From a virus (taxonomy: Duplodnaviria > Caudoviricetes), in the IMG/VR virus record IMGVR_UViG_3300037846_000091, positions 9,015-73,014 of that record: 64,000 nucleotides of DNA; one strand, 5' to 3'. This document shows positions 25,243-34,936 of this stretch, piece after piece; positions within the stretch are counted from its first letter, which is position 1, and each line of letters starts with the position of its first letter. Position numbers and translations under genes: made by a program. The notes beneath the pieces were generated by a model that did not search any database, was not told the origin of the DNA, and saw nothing but the letters and a program-made list of their open reading frames with translations.

Positions 25243-27197
25243 TCGCTCAAGAGAACCGCCTGGACCTGGCCCGGCTCATGCTGGACGTGTTCAAGGGCCG
25301 TGAGGACGTGGTGGCCATCCCTGGTGAGCCGACACAGGACGGCAAGGAGACTTTCAAGCCATACCGATTGTCCAAGCCGATGCCAGCCCACTGGATTTCC
25401 GACCGGCACCTTGCGGGCAAGGCGTGTCTTGGGGTTTACACCACGGACAAGCTGAGCCGCTGCTGGTTTTCAGCCGTGGACTTTGACAACCACCCGGACC
25501 ACCCGGACCCGCTTTGGCAGGACAAGGCCACGAAGGTATTTCTGTGGCTTCAGCAGGCCGGACTGGAACCGCTGGCCGAAGTCTCCCAGCGCGGGAGCGG
25601 GGCGCACGTCTGGCTGTTCTTCGACGAACCGGCGCCGGCATGGATAGTGCGGGCGTGGTGGAGGGGGACTCTTGAGAAATCGGGCGTTCCCCCGGTGGAG
25701 ATTTATCCGAAGCAGGACGAGCTAGAAGAGGGAAAGATCGGCAACCTCATCCGTTACCCCCTGTGGAACCAGTCTCGCTTCTGCGACCCCGAGAACGATT
25801 GGAGCACCTTGGACGCATCGCAAGCCTTGAAGGCCATCAAGCGAACGAACGCGGCGGAACTGAAGGCCCTGGCGTTCAGCCTGGGAATCGAGTTGACCCG
25901 TTCGGCTGTCCCATCGGTTCCAACGAAAGTGGATACCGGCGCCAGTAGCCCTGTCCTGTCTCTGCGTGTGCAGGACCGCCTCGGGCGCCAGTCCAGTTTG
26001 CTGGCTCGCCGGTGGGGCGGGGACATGACCGGCCTGAAGGACCAGTCGCGTTCGGCCTTGCTTCTGTCCATCGCCTGCGAGTTGGTTCGCCAGTACGTTC
26101 CGACCCCCGAGATAGCCGACGCGGTGCGGTATTGGGGATGCGAGCAGGGGATGGCGGAGAAGGTGAACCGCGCCGATTGGATGAGCCTGACGATGAGCAA
26201 GGCATACGAGTTTGTTTTGCTCAGAACAGAAGAGAAGAGCGCGGCGGCAACCAACCTGCACGACGCCTGCATGTCCTACCTGGACACGTTGGAACGCGGC
26301 GAGCAGCTGCGGTTTTCTTCTGGGGTCGGGATGCTGGACGACAGCATTGAGGGCGTGGCGCCGGGGGAAATGTGCGTGATTGCGGCCAGGCCGTCGAACG
26401 GCAAAACGGCGTTCGGATGCCAGTGGGCGCGGAACATGGCCGGCTGCAATGTGCCCTGCCTCATCATCTCGGAAGAAATGTCGGCCATCATGCTCGGCAA
26501 GCGTGCCCTGCAATCATTCAGCAACCAGAGCGAACAGTATTGGGGACGTGACACGGTCCCCATGCTGCGCAACGACGTTACCCGGTACTTCACCGGCAAG
26601 GCGCCAATCTTCATCGTGGAGAACTGCAACAGCATCGACAGGACGGAGAAGGTCATAGAGCAATTCGTCGGCCTGCACGGTGTTCGCTTTGTGGTTGTGG
26701 ACTATCTCCAGTTGCTCAAGAGCAAGGGCAACAGCCGCTATGAAGAGGTAAGCGATATTTCGATGCGGCTCAAGCAGGCCGCCGGCCGACATGACCTGGC
26801 AATGCTGGCGATGGCTCAGTTGAACCGCGAGGTAGAGAAGCGAAAGGGCAACGAACCGCAGCTATCGGACCTTCGGGACGCCGGCCAGATTGAGCAGGAC
26901 GCGGACATTGTGTTGTTCCTTCAGCACCCCTACCGGATGAACCAGAAGGCATGGGAGCACGACCCGACGCTGTTCCGGGTGTGGTGCAAGAAGCACAGGA
27001 ACGGGGCTATCCGGCATCCGTTCATGGAGATTAGCTTTGACCTGGAGCGGCAGTTGTTCGGGGTATACCGGATGCCTGGGTCGAACGGAACCAATGGCCA
27101 TCAGGGAGGACACGCGCCCAGCCAAGCGGCCATCGACCGCATGTTCAAGGTAACGCGGGAACCGGGCTGCGAAGATGACGATGACCCGTTGGCGTGA
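25239..27197 (+). CDS. AEP (TOTE-like) primase fused to DnaB-type helicase
   Basis: AVDFD, SGAHVW, EIYPKQ and GNLIRYPL; ARPSNGKT, DYLQLL, AQLNR and DLRDAGQIEQDAD. Confidence 0.9.
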   Translation: MIAQENRLDLARLMLDVFKGREDVVAIPGEPTQDGKETFKPYRLSKPMPAHWISDRHLAGKACLGVYTTDKLSRCWFSAVDFDNHPDHPDPLWQDKATKVFLWLQQAGLEPLAEVSQRGSGAHVWLFFDEPAPAWIVRAWWRGTLEKSGVPPVEIYPKQDELEEGKIGNLIRYPLWNQSRFCDPENDWSTLDASQALKAIKRTNAAELKALAFSLGIELTRSAVPSVPTKVDTGASSPVLSLRVQDRLGRQSSLLARRWGGDMTGLKDQSRSALLLSIACELVRQYVPTPEIADAVRYWGCEQGMAEKVNRADWMSLTMSKAYEFVLLRTEEKSAAATNLHDACMSYLDTLERGEQLRFSSGVGMLDDSIEGVAPGEMCVIAARPSNGKTAFGCQWARNMAGCNVPCLIISEEMSAIMLGKRALQSFSNQSEQYWGRDTVPMLRNDVTRYFTGKAPIFIVENCNSIDRTEKVIEQFVGLHGVRFVVVDYLQLLKSKGNSRYEEVSDISMRLKQAAGRHDLAMLAMAQLNREVEKRKGNEPQLSDLRDAGQIEQDADIVLFLQHPYRMNQKAWEHDPTLFRVWCKKHRNGAIRHPFMEISFDLERQLFGVYRMPGSNGTNGHQGGHAPSQAAIDRMFKVTREPGCEDDDDPLA

Positions 27198-27209
27198 TGC
27201 GGAGAAGCT

Positions 27210-27608
27210 GTGATTGAGTTCGTGAAGGCCAACCCTGTTCGCTCTCCATCAGCCCGCAAGGCATGGAGCAAAGCGCACGACCACTGCCAGGCGTGTGGCC
27301 TGGGGGCATCGTGCTGGCCGTTGCACACGCACCATTTAATCCGAGGCTCAAGGTCTGATGAACCGTGTGCCCTTCTCAGGCTTTGCGTTAGCTGCCATGG
27401 CGCTCACCATGATTGTCCTTTGGTGCTTCCCGATGGCCGGCGTCTGGTGCTGACGTTCGCGCAAACGCTCTGGCTCAAGCAGGCGCGTGACCCGCAAGAG
27501 TGGGACGCCGAGAGGCTGGAGGCGCTGTACCATCGGCCGCTACCCGACCTCGCCGAGCCACACGACTACTTTCAAGAGATGTACCGCAAGCACCGGGGGA
27601 AAGCATGA
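27210..27608 (+). CDS. HNH-like endonuclease
   Basis: CQAC..HTHH..LCVSCHGAHH. Confidence 0.7.
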   Translation: MIEFVKANPVRSPSARKAWSKAHDHCQACGLGASCWPLHTHHLIRGSRSDEPCALLRLCVSCHGAHHDCPLVLPDGRRLVLTFAQTLWLKQARDPQEWDAERLEALYHRPLPDLAEPHDYFQEMYRKHRGKA

Positions 27609-27910
27609 CGTGGCAACCAGGCCAGATCATCTACGTTGTTGTGTCCTATAACGGAATCGCTCTGCCCTGGATTGAGGAACGGGTGTTCATCGAGGACAGG
27701 TTGGACGGTATCTACGCCAAGCGACCGCTGTATCCCGGGGGAGAGTGCCTGCTCAGGGATAGGTGCTTTGCCTCGGAGGAAGAGGCCAGGTCCCTTGTCG
27801 TGCAACTGTGCAAAAAGAACCGTGACAAGGTGCGACGAGACCTGAAGAAGCTGGACCAGGTGATTGCGGGAGAGCCGGTCAAGGTAGAGAAGCGGAAGGG
27901 GTGGAGGTAA
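27605..27910 (+). CDS. Hypothetical protein
   Basis: ATGA coupling. Confidence 0.65.
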   Translation: MTWQPGQIIYVVVSYNGIALPWIEERVFIEDRLDGIYAKRPLYPGGECLLRDRCFASEEEARSLVVQLCKKNRDKVRRDLKKLDQVIAGEPVKVEKRKGWR

Positions 27911-27972
27911 TGACCGTCGAGCGCGTGCTATCGGGAGAGCTGGCGTACCACGTCGCGGAGAGCGAAGCGTGA
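27910..27972 (+). pseudogene. 20-codon gene remnant (MTVERVLSGELAYHVAESEA)
   Basis: GGAGG RBS, coupled at both ends; recalls N-termini of phage MTases. Confidence 0.3.
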
Positions 27973-29318
27973 AGCTCAAAGCTCCATTTCCCGCCTTCGG
28001 AGGCAAGAGCGCGGTGGCCGAAGTCGTCTGGGGACGGCTTGGCGATTGCGATAATTTCATTGAACCCTTCTTTAACAGTGGTGCTGTCCTACTGCTGCGC
28101 CCGCACGCTCCGAAGATCGAAACCGCGAACGACCTGGATAGCTACATCGCTAACTTCTGGCGAGCAACCCAGCAGGACCCCGAGGCGGTCGCGTACTACG
28201 CCGATGGCCCGGTGAATGAGGTTGACCTACATTCGCGGCACCGATGGCTGGTGCTGTCGGATGACGCCGCGACGTTCCGCAAGCGGATGAGGACGGAGCC
28301 TGACTACTACGATTCCAAGGTTGCCGGCTACTGGTGCTGGGGACTCTGCTGTTGGATCGGTTCGGGGTGGTGTGCAACCAACGAATCGGCGGAATGGGAT
28401 CAAATGCCGGACATTACCGGAGCAAGAGATATTGGCAAAGGTGTTCACGCTCGCGGCCAAGACAACCGCAAGCCGCGCATCGACGGCGGCGAAGGGCAGC
28501 TGGGTCATGGGGTACACGCTAAGGGACAGCTGCCGAAGTTGTCCTGCTCCGATGGCGTGCTTGGCACGACATCGGAGCAGTTGCCGCTGATTGGCGACCC
28601 GCCCCGCGGTGGACACCGCGGGGCGGGTCCTGCCGGTGAGTCGCTGCCGGTCAAACGGCAGCGACTCACCGGCAGCAACAAGATACTGGGGCAGGTTGGG
28701 TCGCTGCACGGGAAGCGACCCAACCTGAACGGTACGCCGGATGGGGCCGTCAGCAATGCTGGCGTACCGTGTACGCCAGCATTGCTGACGGCCGGTAACC
28801 GTCCCCAACTTGCCGACGCCTTCAGCCGTGGTCGAGGCGTCAACGGCAACGATGAGGCAGGAACCTGCGAGCAAAGGCGGGCATGGCTTTTGGATTGGTT
28901 CTGCCGTCTTAGGGATCGCCTACGCACGGTCAGGGTGTGCTGCGGCGACTGGTCGAGGGTTTGCTCGTCGGAGAGCGTCACAACGCGGCTGGGAACGACT
29001 GGAGTCTTCCTTGACCCGCCCTATGGGGCCAAGGCGAAGAGGACGAAGAAGCTCTACTCCACCGACAGCCTGACCGTGGCCGACGACGTGCGCCGGTGGT
29101 GCCTGGAGCGCGGACCTGACCCGATGATGCGGATAAGCCTCGCAGGGTATGCCGGGGAAGGACACGAAGAGTTAGAGCAACACGGCTGGGATGTGTTCGC
29201 CTGGAAGGCCGCTGGCGGCTACGGGAACCGCACGGAAGAGGGCAAGGCCAATAGTGCCAAGGAACGGCTTTGGTTCAGCCCTCATTGCCTCTCAGGGTGT
29301 CCTTTGTTCGAGGACTAA
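27969..29318 (+). CDS. Dam-like (D12 class) DNA adenine methyltransferase with a large central insertion
   Basis: FGGKS, FIEPF, NDLD and motif IV FLDPPY. Confidence 0.85.
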   Translation: MKLKAPFPAFGGKSAVAEVVWGRLGDCDNFIEPFFNSGAVLLLRPHAPKIETANDLDSYIANFWRATQQDPEAVAYYADGPVNEVDLHSRHRWLVLSDDAATFRKRMRTEPDYYDSKVAGYWCWGLCCWIGSGWCATNESAEWDQMPDITGARDIGKGVHARGQDNRKPRIDGGEGQLGHGVHAKGQLPKLSCSDGVLGTTSEQLPLIGDPPRGGHRGAGPAGESLPVKRQRLTGSNKILGQVGSLHGKRPNLNGTPDGAVSNAGVPCTPALLTAGNRPQLADAFSRGRGVNGNDEAGTCEQRRAWLLDWFCRLRDRLRTVRVCCGDWSRVCSSESVTTRLGTTGVFLDPPYGAKAKRTKKLYSTDSLTVADDVRRWCLERGPDPMMRISLAGYAGEGHEELEQHGWDVFAWKAAGGYGNRTEEGKANSAKERLWFSPHCLSGCPLFED

Positions 29319-29320
29319 CC

Positions 29321-29506
29321 ATGACCAAAACAGCGTCTCTATGCCAGCTATGCCGCCGTGCTGTGATGACGAAGCGACGCCGCTGCAACATCTGCGGCAA
29401 GCTGGTGTGTCGTCCCTGCACGACGACCACGGACAAGGATAGCGGCGGACCCATCTGCCGAGAGTGCGACGGCAAGAACGACAGAGCCAGGCTGGAGGGC
29501 CGATGA
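29321..29506 (+). CDS. Small zinc-finger protein
   Basis: Several CxxC pairs. Confidence 0.6.
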   Translation: MTKTASLCQLCRRAVMTKRRRCNICGKLVCRPCTTTTDKDSGGPICRECDGKNDRARLEGR

Positions 29507-29621
29507 ACGCCGTCCACCTTCATCGTGGCCGCGGCGATTGCAACCGCGCGTTGCGCGAGTACAGGCCGAAGCCTGGCGTCGATGTGCTGGAGTCGCGGGT
29601 GTTGCCGGAGGGACAGAGGCC

Positions 29622-29978
29622 ATGAAACGCCAACCGCTACCTGTGGTGACCGATTGCCGCAACTGTGGTGCATGTTGTACCGAGCAATCCGGCCTGCCCG
29701 TCAGCTGGTATCTCGGCGGCGCTTTCCCTCTGGGCGAACGGCTGAAGCTGCCTCCGGCCCTGCTCGCCGAGATGCAGGCTATACTGGACGGCTGGCTCGT
29801 CAATGGCTTCCCGGCCGACAACGCTCCATGCGTGTGGTACAACGCCGAGACGCGGCAGTGCGCACACCATGATAACAGGCCAGAGATTTGCAGGGAGTTT
29901 GAGATAGGTGAGAAAAGCTGTTTGGACTGGCGGCGAAGGAAGGGCATCGACCAGGGGAAGTTGGTGGAGGTGCCGTAG
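29622..29978 (+). CDS. YkgJ-like cysteine-cluster protein
   Basis: CRNCGACC..CVWY..C..RPEICREF. Confidence 0.85.
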   Translation: MKRQPLPVVTDCRNCGACCTEQSGLPVSWYLGGAFPLGERLKLPPALLAEMQAILDGWLVNGFPADNAPCVWYNAETRQCAHHDNRPEICREFEIGEKSCLDWRRRKGIDQGKLVEVP

Positions 29979-30187
29979 GTGCCAGTCGTTCGCGTTGCTC
30001 CCAGGGTGTGCCCGTGCTGCGGCGTCGAGTTCAGGCCGCGCCGCAGTAGGGTAGTCTGCTGCTCAGCGATCTGAACGACAAAATGAGCAAGGGGAAACGC
30101 GATGCCTGACCCCATCTCCATCGCCGCCGCCCGCAAGCTCGCCAGGGTGAGCGAGGACAACACGCAGGTTTGTTTCGGAGAACCAGT

Positions 30188-30400
30188 ATGAGCGAGATAC
30201 TTGACACGCCAGAAGCGATTGATGCCGTCATATTCGGCGCCGACCCAAAAATCGTCGTCGGCCTGAACCGTCGCGGTCATGTGCAACTCCAATTTCCAGC
30301 CGGCAAAGACTATGCCACGTTCTTGCCCGGCCAGGCCGACGAACTAGCGGAACTGCTGCGTAAATGGGCCAAAGAAAGCCGGAGGGCTGGTCATGTCTGA
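30188..30400 (+). CDS. Hypothetical protein
   Basis: GGAG RBS. Confidence 0.6.
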   Translation: MSEILDTPEAIDAVIFGADPKIVVGLNRRGHVQLQFPAGKDYATFLPGQADELAELLRKWAKESRRAGHV

Positions 30401-30526
30401 ATATCTCCCCAAGTCTCCGATGTGCCCTCTGGGCAAGACGCCTCTGGTCCGTGGCCACGACGGCTATTGGGAGTGCCCCGGCTGCGGCTGGCGGTGTGCA
30501 GAGAGCGAGAGGGAGGAGCAGACGCA

Positions 30527-30916
30527 ATGAGAGTATCCAAGGCCACGGCCAAGAAGCTCGGTTTACCGGCGTCGGGAACGAAGTCTCGTCGTAAGGCAAA
30601 GGAGACCAGCAAACTGTTCTTGGCTGCGTGCCGCGAGCATGGATTGCCCGATCCCATCTTTGAGTATCCGTTTGCCTGGAAGGCGATGGGCAGGAAGTGG
30701 CGGTTTGACTGGTTGTGGGGCAAGGTGGCCCTGGAGATTCAAGGGGGGATATGGACGCAAGGGCGCCATGTGAGAGGGGCCGCGTTGCTGGACGAACACA
30801 AGAAACTGAACGCTGCCGCGATTTTGGGATTCAGGGTCTTGTTCTGTACTCCAAAGGACGTGGAGAGCGGGGCTATCTTCCCCGTCATAAAGAAAGCTCT
30901 GGAGGCACAATGTTAA
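30527..30916 (+). CDS. PD-(D/E)XK endonuclease (resolvase-like)
   Basis: EYPF..WRFDW..ALEIQGG..GRH..KLNAAAILG. Confidence 0.85.
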   Translation: MRVSKATAKKLGLPASGTKSRRKAKETSKLFLAACREHGLPDPIFEYPFAWKAMGRKWRFDWLWGKVALEIQGGIWTQGRHVRGAALLDEHKKLNAAAILGFRVLFCTPKDVESGAIFPVIKKALEAQC

Positions 30917-31116
30917 GCTACATCAGTCAAAGCATTCACAAGGCCCTCGTCGGCCTTGTCCATCTGTGGGTAGCCCACCACTGCCTCGACAGGAGCAGTG
31001 AGGGACCAGCCACGGAAGCAACATTCTGGGTCGATGCTCACATGATGGGTTGGGGGCAGCACGTCTTGCCCGGCAAGCGGGTCAAGGTCACGTTTACCGT
31101 GGAGGACACGCCGTGA
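30910..31116 (+). CDS. Hypothetical protein
   Basis: GGAGG RBS. Confidence 0.5.
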   Translation: MLSYISQSIHKALVGLVHLWVAHHCLDRSSEGPATEATFWVDAHMMGWGQHVLPGKRVKVTFTVEDTP

Positions 31117-31213
31117 ACCTCCTTCACGCCGAGATGCTGGACCAGATGGCCCGCGAGCTTACCGGCCGCGCGTAGCCGCTTGTGCGCGGAGGGCGGCGGC
31201 GGGTAGGCTTTGA

Positions 31214-31732
31214 TTGCGTCGAAAAATCAAAGGACGTGTACAGGATTCAAAAGTGCCGCGTGGAGGGAAACGCCCAGGTGCAGGCCGCAAAAAGACTAGC
31301 GGCACGACACGGACGAAGAAGACAAACGCCATCGCCGCGAAGAACGCCAGTGCTGGTGTGCTACCTCTTCAGGCCATGCTGGACGCCATGCGCGCCCACC
31401 ATGCCAAGGGGGAGCTTGACGCCGCGGCCAAGATTGGCAGGGACGCCGCTCCTTACCTCCACCCCAAGATAACGCCGAAGCCTCCCAATGACGACAAGCC
31501 CCTCACCGACCCCGAACGAGCTGACCGAATTGCTGCCATACTTGAGCGAGCAAGACAGGCTCGAATTGGACAGCTTGCTTCAGGGATCGGGAGTAACGGC
31601 ACTTCTGACCCAGGGCAAGTATCCCCAATACCGGATGGACCCGGTGGGGTACGCGGAGAACGTGCTGGGGATCAAGACGCTGACGGACCCCCAGAAGGAG
31701 ATCCTCAAGCACCTACTAATACCCCCCTATAG
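31214..31732 (+). CDS. Terminase small subunit-like protein
   Basis: RGGKRPGAGRK..PLQAML..AAPYLHPK; immediately upstream of TerL; start uncertain. Confidence 0.7.
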   Translation: MRRKIKGRVQDSKVPRGGKRPGAGRKKTSGTTRTKKTNAIAAKNASAGVLPLQAMLDAMRAHHAKGELDAAAKIGRDAAPYLHPKITPKPPNDDKPLTDPERADRIAAILERARQARIGQLASGIGSNGTSDPGQVSPIPDGPGGVRGERAGDQDADGPPEGDPQAPTNTPL

Positions 31733-33176
31733 GGTCCTGGTGCCGTCGGCGCACGACGTGGGCAAGACCTTCATCGCTGCTGTCGCCGTAAACTGGTGGT
31801 ACGACACCCGCGACCCGGGCGTTGTCATAACCACGGCTCCGACGCTCCGGGACGTGGTAGACCTGCTCTGGACGGAGGTCCGCTTGCAGAGGTTTCGCGT
31901 CGGCCTGGAGTCGGCCTTCGTGGGCCCTGCAGCCCCCCAGATGGGGGACCGGCCGGACCACTACGCGAAGGGGTTCACCGCCCGCCGCGGCGAGAGCTTC
32001 CAGGGCCGGCACCGCGAGAACATGTTGTTCGTCATGGACGAGGCCAACGGCATCGACCTGATCTACTGGTTGACGACCCGTACCATGTTCGACCCAGACC
32101 TGGGGCACGCCTGGCTGGCGATCTTCAACCCGACCGACACCACGACGGCCGCCTACCAGGAGGATCAAGAGGCCCTGGACCCCGATGGCAATATCCGCTG
32201 GCACCGCTTCCGTCTGTCGGCCCTGGACCACCCAAACGTGCTGGCCGGCCTGCGGGGCGAGCCCAAGCCGATCCGCGGTGCCGTGAGCAAGGAGATGGTC
32301 GATTCCTGGATAGCCGACTGGTGCGACCCCATTGACCCGGCCGACAGAACTGAGCTTGACATAGAATGGCCACCGGGCAGCGGCAACTGGTTCAAGCCTG
32401 GTCCCATCATGCAGTGCCGCGGCATGGGACTTTGGCCTGCGCAGGGCGCCGGCATCTGGTCTGACCCGCTCTGGGAGGTCATCTCTCGCGCCATCGAGCC
32501 GGCGTTCCCCCTGACGCATCTGCCGGTCATCGGCTGCGACTGCGCCACGGGCAAGGGCGACGACTGCGTTGCGATCCACGACAGATGGGGAGAAGCTAGT
32601 CTGGGGCATGAGTCGTCGAACACGATGGACCCGGAGAAGCTGTTCAACCGGCTTATCGCCCGGGCTGACTACTTGGCCTCGCTGGTCAACCGGGCCCGGC
32701 CCGTTACGCACGCGCCCTGCCTGCCTCGCGACATCCCCATCAACATCGACGACGACGCGACCGGCAATGCGGTCACAGCCTTCCTTCGGACGCGCGGCTA
32801 CAACGTCCACCCCATCGGCGCCGGTACGCGGGCCAAGCGGGAGTTCAGCTACCCCAACAAGCGATCAGAGTTGTGGTTCGAGGTCCGCGACCGGGCCAAG
32901 GTGGGTCTGGTGAACGTCAGCCGCCTGGACCGGCGCACGCAGCGCAGGCTGAAGCAGCAGTTGATGGCACCGACGTGGGAACTGAGAGGCGAGATGCGTG
33001 TGGTCGAACCGAAGCAGGACACGAAAGAGAAGATTGGCAGAAGTCCTGACGATGCGGACGCCTTCAATTTGGCGTATTATGACATGGCAGAGTACGAGGC
33101 GGCCAAGACCATCGACACGCCGCGGCGGCCAATGGGTCCGCAACCGGGAGAGCGGCGGGGACCGTTCAGGAGGTAG
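31488..33176 (+). CDS. terL: Terminase large subunit
   Basis: Walker A SAHDVGKT, Walker B FVMDEA, nuclease GCDCA, IDDDATG and RSPDDADA. Confidence 0.93.
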   Translation: MTTSPSPTPNELTELLPYLSEQDRLELDSLLQGSGVTALLTQGKYPQYRMDPVGYAENVLGIKTLTDPQKEILKHLLIPPYRVLVPSAHDVGKTFIAAVAVNWWYDTRDPGVVITTAPTLRDVVDLLWTEVRLQRFRVGLESAFVGPAAPQMGDRPDHYAKGFTARRGESFQGRHRENMLFVMDEANGIDLIYWLTTRTMFDPDLGHAWLAIFNPTDTTTAAYQEDQEALDPDGNIRWHRFRLSALDHPNVLAGLRGEPKPIRGAVSKEMVDSWIADWCDPIDPADRTELDIEWPPGSGNWFKPGPIMQCRGMGLWPAQGAGIWSDPLWEVISRAIEPAFPLTHLPVIGCDCATGKGDDCVAIHDRWGEASLGHESSNTMDPEKLFNRLIARADYLASLVNRARPVTHAPCLPRDIPINIDDDATGNAVTAFLRTRGYNVHPIGAGTRAKREFSYPNKRSELWFEVRDRAKVGLVNVSRLDRRTQRRLKQQLMAPTWELRGEMRVVEPKQDTKEKIGRSPDDADAFNLAYYDMAEYEAAKTIDTPRRPMGPQPGERRGPFRR

Positions 33177-33179
33177 GGT

Positions 33180-33377
33180 ATGCGTTACCCGTATCCAGGC
33201 GAGATAATTGACCCGGCCGTGACCGGCGAGCGGATTGGGGTGGCAATAGAGGACTCCCAACCGGCCGGAACGGTAGTCCTCGCAGACGGCAGCGTTGTCG
33301 AGGTTCACAAGGTCAGGGTCTTGTTGGACAACCCGTTGCCCAGACCTGACCACATCGCCGGGAGCAACCATGCTTGA
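33180..33377 (+). CDS. Hypothetical protein
   Basis: GGAGG RBS. Confidence 0.55.
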   Translation: MRYPYPGEIIDPAVTGERIGVAIEDSQPAGTVVLADGSVVEVHKVRVLLDNPLPRPDHIAGSNHA

Positions 33378-34317
33378 GCCATCGACCGCAGACCTGGGCC
33401 ACCTGGAACCGTGCTGCTTCTGCGCCGTGTTGGCAGAGCGGCAGCGGATCATGCGGCATCTTGAGAGCGTGCGGGCTTGCTGGGAATCTGAACCTGGTTA
33501 CAGCATGTGGGGCGCTGCGGCGGCTGCTCTGCGGGAACTATGCAACGTGCTCACTCACCCCGTGCTGGTCAAGCCGGAACCGGGTAGCTTCACCTTCAAC
33601 GCGGACAACTCGGTATCGGTGCTGAATGACGACGGCACGGAGACGCGGTACGCCTCGGTGCAAGAGGCTGCGCTTCTGCGCCGTGCGACTCCGGTTGTGT
33701 TCGATTACCACGAGCCGAATGACACTGTCGAGTTGGAACGCTTGCTCAAGGAGATGCGCTGCGGCCCGGTGACGATCTTGCCGGACCCGACGACTCCTTG
33801 GAACGACATTGCCGATTACCTGGACCACTGCGCCGGCCTGATTAACTTCGCCGAATACCAGTACGGCACGCCGGGGGAAATTGCAGAGATGCTTCGATTC
33901 CGCGCCGCATCCATGCGGAAGCAGCAAGCGTTGCCTCTGGAGATGACTTACAATGGGTTGACGGATGGATGTGCCATAGAAATGAGCGGGATACTCACGG
34001 CCATTGGTACTGCACGCCAATCAGCACCGCCGCTGATGAAGTTCGCGGACCTGATGCGGGTGCCAAGGACTGACGAAGAAGTTATGGAAGCAGACGCTCT
34101 GTACCCCATTGGCACCCCCTTCCACGATGAGGCCGGCAAGGTCATCGGCCAAGTTCTCGATTCGCGGGAGAGTGGCGGCAAGGTGTATGTGACCGTGAAG
34201 CACACGACGCCCCTTACCAGCGCTGAGAAGGTGACCATCGAGCCTTTAATAGAAGATATGACAGATCATAGGCTAGTAGTGATGGAATCTCACAAGCTGG
34301 CGTGTGCAGAACCGTAG
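33374..34317 (+). CDS. Hypothetical protein
   Basis: ORF coupled by overlap to the previous gene. Confidence 0.6.
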
Positions 34318-34402
34318 CCGTCAGCGCTCAAGAAAGAGTCATTGCTGCCCTTGAGCGTGCTACCGACCCCCAACCCGACCACGTTACCACGGAGACGCCG
34401 AA

Positions 34403-34753
34403 GTGATCTACGAGCACCTGCACATGGGCATCCCCTGCGATCAGGACCTGGCGGCCAGCCTCAACTACCATTCCCTGCCCGAGAACGGCGGCTGGGAGTG
34501 CATCGGCTTTGCCGTTGACATGGTTCTCCCCCAGCAAAGCAGCAAGGTGTTGGTAGCCTCACAGGCACCACCGCAGCCGATCAAGGTGTGGGCGTGCGTG
34601 CTGCGCCGGCTGGCCAAGCCCGAGACGGTCAAGGGCTGGCGCAGGGGCATCCAGAAGCAGGCGGAAGAGCAGAAGGCCGAGCAGCAGCGACTGGCACAGC
34701 TGGAACGGCGTGAGGAGCTGCTGTCGGTGATTGGGAATGGGGAGGGGCCATGA
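34403..34753 (+). CDS. Hypothetical protein
   Basis: GGAG RBS, GTG start. Confidence 0.6.
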   Translation: MIYEHLHMGIPCDQDLAASLNYHSLPENGGWECIGFAVDMVLPQQSSKVLVASQAPPQPIKVWACVLRRLAKPETVKGWRRGIQKQAEEQKAEQQRLAQLERREELLSVIGNGEGP

Positions 34754-34855
34754 GCGAACAGAAGGCATCATGGGTCCGTTATGGTGGCGTCACTATCGAC
34801 AAGCTAATGTCGATGCCGATGGGACGTGGGCTGATGTGAAGGGGTGAGGGGCTTT

Positions 34856-34864
34856 TGCTACAAT
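34856..34864 (+). promoter_or_regulatory. Extended -10 promoter
   Basis: TG-C-TACAAT upstream of 34937. Confidence 0.45.
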
Positions 34865-34936
34865 AGCGCATGAAACAGGGCCAGCGCTGCTAACGCTGAC
34901 CCCAACCACAACCCGTTTCGAGAAGGGAAACGAGCA

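Noticed and set aside
25239-33176. Inteins in the helicase or terminase
   Set aside because: No C/S...HN termini and no unexplained insertions between conserved motifs.
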